Positions 52,042 through 64,000 of a stretch of DNA of 64,000 nucleotides are shown piece after piece. Position numbers and translations under genes: made by a program. Position 1 is the first letter of the stretch; each line of letters opens with the position of its first letter. The notes under the pieces were generated by a model. The model did no database searches. It worked only from the letters and a program-made list of their open reading frames with translations, and was not told the origin of the DNA. Location: contig CM035351.1 in the NCBI GenBank assembly GCA_020137815.1, positions 6,882,001 to 6,946,000 on the forward strand. Reading direction: 5' to 3'. The DNA is from Hormiphora californensis. Its lineage: Eukaryota > Animalia > Ctenophora.

Positions 52042-55000
52042 ATGTCCTCCTTCCTTTCCCTGCGTATTAAAATCGTCAGAAATGGAAACATCAAGACGAT
52101 ACAGGTGAGCCATAGTTTGGAACCTAGAGCCACACACACACACAGGTGAGTCGCTATTGAAAAAACATCCTTTTGTTTCTCAATTTGTTTCACAAACATG
52201 CCAAAGATATTTCACATTAGCTTCATCGATCATTGTCTCAATATCATTCAATGATTTGTACTGCGAGTCTATATCGTGAAGAAAGAATTTGTACAATGCA
52301 CTGTCCAGTGATACACTCTCCCTACTTCCGCCCCTGTGCCAAACTCTCTTTATTTTATCCTCTCTTTTTCTCCATCTCTCTCCCCCTCCTTCGTCCTATC
52401 CTCTCTCTTTCTTCTCCTACCTCGCTTCCTTAGTTAAATTGGATTACACCAGACAAAGAGAGCGAGTATACAAACTATACACGATCATTCTACTCTAATA
52501 TATGTACATTTTGTTATACACCGTCCTGTCTTCACAACTAATTTTTGACACACTCCTCCTCTCTCTCTCAATGTCTCCACAGTAGTGGTTATGGGGTAAC
52601 TAAATTAAAAATAAGCCCACCGCTGTCTAATTGAGGATGTCCTATGACTGCGTCACGTGGGTATACACGTGGTAAGGGAAAGCCAGTAGTAGAAGAAGGA
52701 GGTGCACTGTAGTGTGTACACTCTGAACTAGCAGAAAGGGAAGCTGCAAACCATGTGTATATGTTACATGTGTAGAATGATACAATGGGGGGCACATCAT
52801 GGGATCATGTACACAGGCTACATGACTGGCGACTGCAGTAGAGACCACTATCCAGGCTAACAATATGGTTCATACATTGTTCAGGACCGTGTAGTAGTGG
52901 TTAGAACTTGGACTAGAACTGCAATGTAAATAGGAATTACATCAGGTCTCTGCGACATTCCACATCTCTTGTGTTTATGTTTCTCTCCGGAGACCGCATT
53001 ATACAGCTCTATAATATATATCCTCCTATTATAATAATTATCCTACATAACAATCACTGCAGGTTGACTAGAGAGTGTAACTTGGAATATAAATTACTAG
53101 AGCTCCTGGTTTAATAAACTGCAGTGTAGTATAGTGGTCAATTAGCGGTATTACTGTCTGGTGGGTCCCCTCTCTTTACATTACAGCTACGAGTCTCGGT
53201 ACCACAGTAATTCGCAGTACTTTTTGCAACATATTTATAGAACCCCCCGTGCATGCGTTTTAGAGTGCAACCTGAACAAATTTGAGTGTAAACATTATGT
53301 CCACAAGTTTCATGTTGCATACTCGGTAGTGTGGCCACCTCCCCCTTCTCGTGTGCAGTACAAGTAGTACAGGGTGACCCAAGTTATAGATCGGGATACA
53401 TACTGCATTCAGGCTGAAGAGTTGTAACTTCAAATTAGATTACACTTGGCCCAGCTTGGCTCCCACTGCACACTTGGCGAATGTGTACAGAGTTGGAAAG
53501 GATTGGAACTCAATGTAGAACAAGGGATAAAGTGTATGAAGAGACGGAAAATCTTGAGAGTAAGGTGAATCTAATCGATGAAAGAGAGGTCATACATTCA
53601 AACAGTTTGTAGAGAAGCTATCGACATAATTAGGGAGGAATTAAGTATGCGAAGAGTGTTAGTTGAACATTTCGTCATGTAGAAGCTTAAAAATAATACT
53701 GTTCTGTGAGTATATTTACAAAACTATCTATTTACGTATCTGCAGGTTCCGTAAAGTTACAGGTTGGGAAAATTTATGTAGGTTGTCGTGTAAAGTACTA
53801 TAGTAGAGGAACACGTGCATGTGGTAAAATGACATTAATGGTAGAAGAAACAGTTTAGGCAAGCAAGAGTGTGGAGGGAGAGAGTTTTGAGAGTAAAGGT
53901 ACAGGAAGGGAAGACGTGAGAGGAGTAGAGTGAGGATGTCATCACAGACGACTTCCATCTTCTCTCACTCATTCATCAATCTCTCTCTCTCTCTACTCGC
54001 TCCTTCTCTCTCTTTCTTTCTCTCTCTCCTCACTCTCTCCCCTCTCTCCTCTCCTCTTCTCTCTCTCCTCCTCTCGTCTCTCTCTTCTACTTTTACACTG
54101 CCTTCTTTTCGGTGTAAGTTTCTCCCTGGTCTTTCAGACCCTCCTTTTATCACTCCCTGGATTTCCATCTTCTTGCCTGTATCCTTCTCTCCCCCGATAC
54201 GAACAAGAAGGAGAAGGAGGCATGCGAAGTATAACACACTCGCTTCTCTCTTTGGATTTATTACAACTGAATATGACAGCTCAGATCAGCTCACTATGTC
54301 TCTTTATCCTTTCTCGTCCTCTTATTGCGTGGAGGAGTGAGTGTCACTATCTCGAGTATGGATCCCATAATGCATGCATCGTTTTATATTATATTCACGA
54401 ATCAGAAATCAAAATATTTCATCTATTTTCTGATGCGAGGTGCTCCCTTTTTCTGATCTTGGGGGACGAGTAAATTTTCTGAAAAGGGGGGAGGAGTAAG
54501 AGGCAAAAAAAAGGGGGTATAGGAGCAGTAAGTAGAGAGCTGCAGAGAGAGGGGTAGCCTCTCTCGGTGAGCTTGTAGCTCTGAGCGCGAGGCGCGCAGA
54601 ATGATGCGGGAGAAAGCGTACGTGCTGACTCTTCGTAATCACCATTCTCTCTCTCTCTCTCTTGCTCTCTATTTCTGCTTTAAAGACTCTATATCTAGCT
54701 CGTCTGCTAACTATTTCCTTCTCGCTTGGTGAATACTGACATGACTGAATATAAACGCTAAGCTGCTGGAGGGAGGGAAGAAACCTCTCTTTGTGTGTCA
54801 GTAGTGTGTGTATAAAAGCCATACTAGCGTTTCCAGCAGAAGCATGGGAGAGAGAGATAGTGGGGAATAGAACTGTGGAGAGAGAGGAGAGGGAGAGATA
54901 CCGTAGAGAGAAAGCAAGATAGAGAGATAGCGGTAAAAAAGAGAGAACTGAGGAGGGTTAAAATGAAAGTGGTGAAAAGTTAGTGTGATTGGGAGAGAAT

Positions 55001-58000
55001 ACCAGTGTTTTTAGTGAGAGAGAGAGACAGAGAAGTGTGTGTGTGTTCCAGCTGAGTCGAATCTGAAAGTGATAATGCAATAGCTCAGCTGCTGTACACA
55101 TGTGTCCAGTACACACACGGACACACACACTCACCTCTCTCCCGTATCCATGTTAAGTCATCACATTGACACCAGTTTACAAATTCTTGCACCCGACTAG
55201 AGTTAGACAAATGAGAGAGCGAGAGAAGGAAGAACGGGCTTCCTACAGCTGGCCATTCTCTTCTAAAATCTTCTAACACACACAGACGTGTCTCTAAACA
55301 GTCATTTTTCCTGGTCCATACCAAACAGAAAACCACATTTTAATCCCACAATATATATGTACAGTAAGTAGGTCTCCAGTTCTCCCATGATACTCAGTAT
55401 CAGTCTGATACTGCATTCATATTACCCCGATATAATGTCCCCCAAGTTTGCCCCCATCATTACACCCCCTCCCTCTATTTCAGTTCAAGTACAATACGCT
55501 GGTGAGTGAGGCATGTGAGATAATCAGGGATCGGGAACCCAGTGATGACCAGGGCGACAGTAAGTTACCCTCATTATGGGGGGCCGGGGGGGGGGGGGGG
55601 GGCAGTGATGACCAGGGCGACAGTAAGTTACCCTCATTATGGGGGGGTCGGGGGGGGGGGGGGGGGGCAGTGATGACCAGGGCGACAGTAAGTTACCCTC
55701 ATTATGGGGGGTCGGGGGGGGGGGGGGGCAGTGATGACCAGGGCGACAGTAAGTTACCCTCATTATGGGGGGTCGGGGGGGGGGGGGGGGCAGTGATGAC
55801 CAGGGCGACAGTAAGTTACCCTCATTATGGGGGGGGGGGGAATACAGAGAGTTTGGGGAGTTGTTCGTGGTGGCAGAACATGGGCTTCTCTTTCCCACTC
55901 TCCCCCTTTCTCTACTCTCGCATTATCTCTCTTTCTCTCAGTTTAGCTATACTCTCTCTCTCTCTCTCTAACTATTGGGAACCTGGATGACCACCTTGTA
56001 ATTACTGGGCTCTCCTTTTTGTCCCCTGGGTCTCCTACCTGTCCCTGGATCGTATTGTCCATTCTAAACTATCCATCTCTCTCTCTCACAGTGACTGAGT
56101 TTGGTATGTTACCGTTCTAAACTATCCATCTCTCTCTCACAGTAACTGAGTTTGGTCTATTCAAGCCTGATGAGGATGTCAAGAAGGGACAATGGCTGGA
56201 TCCAAGGCGAGCCCTCGAGTTCTACCTCCTCCGTGCAGGGGTGAGTTATATCCCCAAACAAAGGGGAACAATATCTGTGTTATTGTTACATGATGCCCAG
56301 GATGATCACCAGCAACATGATCAGCTGCAGCGCCCGCCAACTCCGTTCAAGTTGGGGCCCGCGCGCGCTCAGCAATGTGTTCGCGCGGCCCCTTTGTCCA
56401 AATCATTGCAAAGTGCACTCCCCCAGGCAGTGAGCTCAACTCTCAGAAATTAATGAGCCGCGCTGTGCCCCTGCAGCGTCATGTTTTCCCACGGTGTGCT
56501 CCAGACCCCCTTATTTAACAATAATAACACCACCCATCAGGACCAACTGGAGTACCGAAAGAAGATCAGGCCGCTACGAGTGAAGATGCTGGACGAGAGC
56601 ATTAAAACTATCCTGATAGATGACTCCCACAACGTCAAGGAAATCATCCGAACTACTTGTGAGAGGATCGGAATTAACAACCCTGACGAGTTCTCTCTGG
56701 TAGTAGAAAATGCAGATACGGATGAGATGAGCAAGACAGGCACCCTGAAGAAAGACAAAGGAGGGCTCCAGGAGAGAGATAGGAAGAAAATGGAGACACT
56801 GAGACGGAAACTGCACACTGACGATGATATCCTGTGGTTGAACCACGACAAGAGTCTGAGGGAGCAGGGTATAGCCGAGGATAAGATGTTGTTATTGAGA
56901 AAGAAGCTGTTCTTTTCTGATGTTAATGTTGACAGAAACGATCCTGTTCAGTTAAATCTTATGTACATTCAGGTTAGTATCTCACCCAAGTAGCCATTTA
57001 CCCTCTAACTAACTGGGTAGCCATTACCGGCTCTAACTAACTGGGTACCCATTTACCGGCTCTAGCTCCTGATCATACCCAGCCCCCTCTCTAAACAACT
57101 CCTAATCGTACCCCCCCCCCTTCCATAAACACTGTCCCCTATAATGAACACTGTCCCCTATAATAAACACTGTCCCCTATAATGAACATGGAACCCAAAC
57201 CAAACTGTAACTCCGCCTCCTAACAGGATAACACCTGTGTAGTGAACGGAACCCACAAGGTGTCCCTTGAAGATGCCATTGAGTTGGCGGCTATCCGGGT
57301 CCAGATCCAGTTTGGTAATCACGACGAGACAAAACACAAGAAGGGATTCCTGGACATGAAGGAAATGGTTCCTCTGGAGTACAGGAAGGTTCCTGGCATC
57401 GAGAAGAAGATCTATGCTGAACACAGGAAATTAATGGGAATGACTGAGCTGAACGGTGAGTTGTTGTTGTCATGGTTATGTGATACCATTAGGTTGTCAT
57501 GGTTATATTTTACTAATCAAGATTTGGAATTTGATAGATTCGCCTCCTCGATTTGTTCCTTGTTGTGACATTTTCTTGTTTTAGGCAAACTGCGATACAT
57601 CAAGCACTGCAGAGAGCTGAAAACTTATGGTGTGACATTCTTCTTGGTTAAGGAGAAGATGAAGGGAAAGAACAAACTGGTACCCCGTCTACTAGGTGAG
57701 TTGTATCTGCCCCCTGAGCATTGTAAATTATATAGTTCATCTCCCCTTTTCGTCCCCGTGGAAACCTTATATTCTGTACCCCGGTGTTACCATGGTTACC
57801 ATGTCTTCTCTGACCCCCGCCCCACAGGAATCACCAAGGAGAAAGTTATGAGGGTTGACGAGAGAACTAAGGAAGTCATCCAAGAGTGGCAACTAACAAC
57901 CGTCAGACGATGGGCTGCCTCCCCCAACTCTTTTACCCTTGACTTCGGAGACTATTCCGAGAGCTACCACTCTGTGCAGACCCAGGAAGGAGAGAAGATC

Positions 58001-61000
58001 TCCCAACTGATCTCCCAGTACATTGATCTCATCATGAAGAACAAGACTGGTGGAGACAGGAGGTTAAGTGAGACTGATGAAGAGGCGACGGTTATTGAAG
58101 ACCAGGTCCGGCCTGGACAGGCTGTAACGTTACAGAGTATTGGTGGAGACAGGGAGACAATGGACCAGAGTAGTATCGCCACCACTGGTGTGATGCATCC
58201 CCCTGAAGCCGGTAAAAGGGCCTTGGTTTCCCATCCAGATGCCCCTGATCATCTTATCACCGGGGGAGGCATCCATATTGGACATAACGCTGTCGTGGGA
58301 CAGGCTGTGGATATGACTAGTGCCAAGGGTAGCCCCCAGCAGGCCCATATCTCCAATATTATCACCAGTATTGATGATCTGGAGAGGGCTAAAAACGAGA
58401 TGGCTTATCCAGCAGATCTGCCACCTCTGGGAGACAACATTGCCAGCAGACAGTGGCGAGAGATGATGTTTGATACCAGTAAACATAATATTCATAGTAA
58501 CCTGGTGGCGAGTAACACTGCTGCCTGTGGTATCTATATCAACACTCCCACTACTAATGGATCACCCAACTACCTGGCACTGGGTAAGTAACAACAGCAG
58601 ATCAATATATTCCAATTGTTGCCATAGCAACATGAATGCCAACTAATTATCCCCCATTCTCCCAGGAACGAATGTGTCTCAGTTGGTTTCTAACATGAAG
58701 AATGCAACCAAGAACCTCCGAATGCTGATGACCCTGATCCCTGATGGGCCTGAGAAGGATAACCTGCTGAAGGCTGCCAACCAGGTCGCTAACGCCACCC
58801 AGGACCTACTAAACGCTGCCAAGGATGGACGTGCCAATAGGCCCGCCCAGCAGGAGGCCATTGTTCAGATGTCTGAAGCCCAACAGGCTCTGTTGTCATG
58901 TCTGGGTGACCCCCAGCCTGACTCAGATCTCCAGATGAGGTTCCTGGACCACGCCAGGGCAGTCAGCCAGGCCGTTGGACGGCTGGTAACTGACTGTAAG
59001 GAGGTGGCCAGGGCATGTTCTGATCCGGGGATGCAGGGCAATGTGATCAATGCCAGCAAGGATGCTGCCGCTAGTAGCAGTCAGTTGGTAACGTGTATCA
59101 AACTACTGGGACCCACCATGCACTCACCACTCTGTCAGCAGCAACTTATGGAGGCAGCAAAGGTAAGGGAGGGAGTATTAGTGAAACGATATTATCTCAA
59201 TATGATCATTTTATTAACTACCCATTCTCGTGACCTCACACACAACTGAAGACGTTAAACACAGTGTTCTCGAAAACAAATAATTGATTTAGTACCATGA
59301 TATAAACTCGTCTCACACACACACACCTGCAGGTAGACCCCACTTCATCCATAATTCAGCAGCATCTCATCTCCCTGAACATCCTCCTCAATCTACACAG
59401 ATCTATACGCAGGGTACACACAACAATCAAAACACTTGTTTTCATGTATTTACATAAGTTTTTTCTTGGTGACAACACATTTCTACATCCACTATCTCTC
59501 CCTACCTACGATTTCTACATCCCACTCTCCCTACCAGGGTGTCGCCTATGCGGTCGAGGGACTGGTGCACACTGCCCAGAACAGCTCCGACGATCAGGGT
59601 ATCCTGAACAATGTGAGCAACAGCGCTGAGGACGCTCAGAAGGCACTGGACGAGCTGATCAAGTTCATCAAACAGACACCCCTTAGTGTCCAACAAGATG
59701 GTAAGATACCTCATTCCTCACCCCGGCAAGATACCACGCGGCCTGCTCGAATAAAACATCAAAAATTGATGTTCATTAAAATCACCTAGATGATGTTATA
59801 TCCCCCTCCTCACTAGGCCGAGAACTAAGTGCGGAGCAGATCCTGGATGCGAGTGACAAGATGTTCAACGCGATGGGTAACACCCCTGAGATGGTGCAGC
59901 AAGCCAAGGTTATCGCCCGGGCCACCTCCTCCCTGGTGCATGGTATCAAGCTGGAAGCAGAGAGTCAGAGTGATGGAGATACCCAGAACAAGTTACTGGC
60001 GGCTGCTAAACAGTTGGCAGACGCTACTGCCAGGATGGTCGAGGCTGCTAAGGCTGCTGCAATGAATCCAAATGATGAACAGTGCCAGATCGCCCTGCAA
60101 CAGGTATATTGTAGATCGGGTAATCATCTTTTACAGTTCTGTTCCGAATATTTCTATCTCTCTCCCCAGTCCCCCGACTCTACTAATTATCAACCCCAGA
60201 CCACTACTAACCCCTATCTCCCCCACCCCAGACTCCACTACTAACCCACATATCTCTCCCCCACCCCAGACGACAGAAGACCTGAGACAGGCTGCTAACA
60301 ATGCCACCAGTGAGAACATGAAGAGCAAGCTGATGGTGAGGTTGGAGGAGCAGGCCAAGATGGCCACCTCCGCCAGTACCCAACTACTGGCAGCTGCCAA
60401 TGGCACTGAGAGATGCAATGGGAACCCCTCTACCCAGGAGGCATTATTGTCACAAGGCAAGGTGCTGGGTGATAGTATTAGCAAGCTGGTTGCTGCAGTG
60501 GGGGCCTTCCATAAGGATCCGAACAGCGAGAGTGAGCAGCTCAATCTGGTGCAGTGCTCACAACAATTCGTTACGGTATGTTTTTTAAATGTTGTATGTC
60601 TCGTTAGTCTATCACTTTTAGCCCCCTTGTTCATACAGTCAGAGAGACTCAGCCCTTGTAACTTCTCTAAATACCCCCCCCTCTCTCCAGCCTGCTACCC
60701 GGTGTATCGCTGCAGCCAAGTCAGCTGTACCCCATGTAACGGACCAGGCAGCTGCCCTGCAGTTGGCCAACTTCAGCAAGGGCTGTGCCACTGCCCTGGT
60801 TAACCTCCGAAACGCTGCAAACAGGTGAGCACTTCCATCATACTCAACAGTATTGATCCCACCCAAGGAATAAAGTATTGATCCCACCCAACATTTAAAT
60901 ACAATTGTCGGCACTATGAGTAGCTAGGTTGTAGCGAACACAATAACACCACACCTCCATATCTCAGGGCGGGAGAGAGTTTCACTGTACTGAATGTTGA

Positions 61001-63069
61001 CAGTGCTCTCCAACTATTGGACAGTGTCCGGGACAAACTCAAGGATGTGGAGAGGAGTGTCAGTGATGAAACCCTCAAACCTCTTCCTGGCGAATCGGTA
61101 AGAGTTATATACATCCCCTGGTGAATCTCTCATAATTTCTTGGTTATATATATATATTCATATTGCTAGTTGTTTTTGACCAAAAAATAATCCACTCTTA
61201 GTCGCAAGGAGAGGTGTCAACAGTAAGTTTAGTACCCACGTGTCTATCTCTCTCTTTCTCTGCGTGTTTGTGTGTCTGTTTGAATACATCCTACTAGCTA
61301 ATATCTTTCTTTTACCCGTGGCACATACTGTGATTCATATAAATGTTTAGTAGTGGAATTATAGTGGAGTATATGTAATGGATGGTTGGTCTGCCTGTAG
61401 CACCGCTACTAATTATCATGTCTTACTATTGGGTAAAGCTTGGTGGGGTCCATGGCACAGTTGATACTTGATGTTGATACTTAATTACTAATTATCTGTT
61501 CTCATTAAATGTATGATCCCATAAAACATAACACGTGATGTTTACTGAATGTAGTGTTTGTAGAATTCACATGATTAGTGAGAGTGATGTTAAACCCTTC
61601 TAATGCTATTTCTCCATTTTATATCTGATTGGAACAATATAACTACTCTCATAACATGTCCTCCTCACACAGGCTGATAGTTGTACAGCTCAACTGTATG
61701 CAGTTAACAAGGCCCTGGGAACTTCCATGGTTCAACTACTGACAGCCGCTAACCAGGGAAATGCCAACTATACTGGTACGAAATTGTTTTAGTTGTTTTT
61801 ACCGAACCCTCACAGCGGTGTGAGCCATGCAATGATTTAGTTACAATTAGTGCTTCTTCTGGGGTTAGAGGAAGAGGTTACTCACCCCCTCTCCTCTCCC
61901 CCCGTGCAGGTATTTCGGCCCGTGAGACAGCCAACCATCTGGGAGACCTAGTAGCAGCCGTACGTGGTATCTGTGCCCACATCCCTGACAAGAACTACCA
62001 GTATGTGGTGTTGGATAACGCTAAGGATGTGGTAGACGAGGCTGAGAGAATGATGCAAACTAGCAAGGCCCTACTGGAGAACCCTGATGAGATAGATGGA
62101 CAGAGGACCCTGATGGAGGCGAACAAAGCAGTCTCCAATGCGATCAATAACTTGTTGAACTCTCTGCCTGGCCAGAAGGATGTAGATAGTGCTATCAAGG
62201 ATGTGGCGAGGGCTAGTGTGATGATAACTGATAGCCAGTTCCCACTTACCAAGGTAGGATAGTTACTAATTAGTAATTGCCCATTCTTTTAATTAATTAA
62301 TGATTACCCACTCTTTTAATCTCCAAGTAGACCAAACTTTAGCTTACATCTCTCTCCGAACCGGGCCAAAGCAGCGTCCGTGATGCTACAGTCATTTAGT
62401 AGACCATACTATGATATGCTCCCCTCACATCACCATCCCTCCACCAGGGACAAGATTTGGCTGAGCTCCAGAACGTTGTATCAGATGATGCTGCCAAGTT
62501 GAACCAGGTTGCAAGTGAGCTAGTAGCCGCTAGCAGGGTCTCCCCTGACGACCTCTCTGCTGTCGCCAATAACTTTGCGAACGCTTACTCCGATGTCATT
62601 AACCACAGTATGATGCTGGCTGGTGCGACAAAGGTACGTATTGAGTTGTTGTTCTTCACTCACGAGCACTCATACTGTCGACCATATAATTGCATTGATG
62701 AAAGAAGCGATAGTTCGTTCTTTTGGGCTTCCCAACCCGACACAGAAGAAGAATGATTTGGATGGAACCTATAGATCAGTATATCTAACCCAACAACTCC
62801 CCCCTCCTCCAGGACCCCGAGTTACAATCTGAGGTTATCATGCAGCTCAAGAACTGCCAGAACTCAACCAACAAGCTGCTAAGTTTGAGCAAGTTGTGTG
62901 TGGCTGACCCTACTACACCGCATCTAAAGAGTAACCTGACAGCAGCTGCTCGAGCTCTCACTGATAGTATCAATAACCTGCTGAATGCGTCCACTAGTAG
63001 TGTGCCTGGACAGAAGGAATGTGATAATGCCATCAGGAACCTTGAGGTAGGAACAGTGGAGAGAGATAT

Positions 63070-63100
<31 letters not shown>

Positions 63101-64000
63101 GGATAGAGAATTAGTACTTAAATGGAGAGTACAGTTTGAGAACACTAATACCATCATCTTCACTCCTCAGACTCTGAACAACAGTCTCCAAGACCCAAGT
63201 GTACCCATGAACGAAGAGAACTTCTTCGATTGTATCGAAACTGTTGTCGACAGTCAGAGGATGCTAGAAGATAATCTGAAACAGCTACCCAACCTGGCCA
63301 AGGCTAACGATAGAAAGGCCTTCGCGTCAGCTATTGATGAGATTAACGGTGCCCTTGCTGCCCTCCAAGGTGCCGCAGCCCAGACTGCTTATCTGGTTGG
63401 TGTGTCCGATCCTAACAGTACGGCTGCCACTCCTGGTATTGTGGACCCCCAGATCTACATGGATGGACACAAGGAGATCAGTGCTGCTCTGGAGCTACTC
63501 TCACAACCTGATATCACCCAGCAACAGGTAATTGTAGCTCTGGCATCTGACCCAAGTACAGGGGGGTACGAGCAGTTATATATTTATTTTATGACATTAC
63601 TCCCACCATTATTCTTGCCAAATATGTACAATTAATATCTCCTATCCTCTAACAACTGGACTATTTCAGGTGTTAGCAGCTGCCACTAAGATTGCCCAGT
63701 ACACATCTAAGCTGTGTAACGCGTGCAAGTCTGCCTCCCAGAAATGTGAGAACCCAGTTGCTAAGCGACACTTTGTCCAGTGCGCCAAGGATGTGGCCAA
63801 CTCGACCGCCCAGCTTGTCAAGGCGATCAAGGTTCTGGCTAGTAAACTACCTCCAGACAACAGGAAGGGAGTGGCAATTCCCCCACTAGTTGAGGAAAGG
63901 AAGGCAGTTGCAGTTGCTAGTGCCCCTCTTCTTGATTCAGTGGAACACCTCCGCAACTTTGCCCTATCCCCCGAGTTCGCACCTGTCCCCGCTAGGATCA
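52042..64000 (+). CDS. TLN: Talin (FERM head and rod), continues past the window
   Basis: MSSFLSLRIKIVRNGNIKTIQ|FKYNTLVSEACEIIRDR; KKMETLRRKLHTDDD; TYGVTFFLVKEKMKGKNKLVPRLLG; RRWAASPNSFTLDFGDY; rod AAAKQLADATARMVEAAK, PGQKECDNAIR. Confidence 0.97.
55540..55840 (+). repeat. 5 tandem copies of the talin exon-2 end, donor and G-run
   Basis: CAGTGATGACCAGGGCGACA|GTAAGTTACCCTCATTATGGGGG repeated about every 62 nt. Confidence 0.95.

Noticed and set aside
52589-53400. Cys-rich minus-strand ORFs in talin intron 1 as a nested gene
   Set aside because: I found no consistent splice or frame model and no recognisable domain.

Overview
Eukaryotic (animal) genomic DNA with GT-AG introns, long (GA)n microsatellites, TTAGGG-like repeats and many foldback MITEs. 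The compact genes and repeat families resemble a ctenophore such as Pleurobrachia; this is an inference from recall, not shown by the sequence. 1-13.7 kb is an accessory zone: a secreted mosaic lectin gene (-), a secreted ShK+sushi gene (+) and nested non-autonomous DNA transposons. 13.8-42.0 kb holds 12 consecutive + strand genes (DYNC2LI1, ECI2, a stand-alone ACBP duplicate, PET117, NOM1, INO80E, VKORC1, ANAPC5, TSNAX, MRPL21, TRNT1, KMT5A/SETD8). The stop-to-ATG spacers are only 80-384 nt, and nearly every ATG sits just after an unpaired 3' splice acceptor. This is the expected signature of an SL-trans-spliced polycistronic operon, the main candidate system here. Within it, PET117 and NOM1 appear to share one acceptor in different frames. 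A secreted two-PLAT gene is nested antisense in an ANAPC5 intron. 45-49.3 kb (-) holds CCDC28 followed by a WIF-domain RYK-like receptor whose kinase region lies in apparently low-quality sequence. Talin (+) runs from 52 kb past the window end. All gene models were spliced and translated by eye; several frameshifts look like sequencing or assembly errors.
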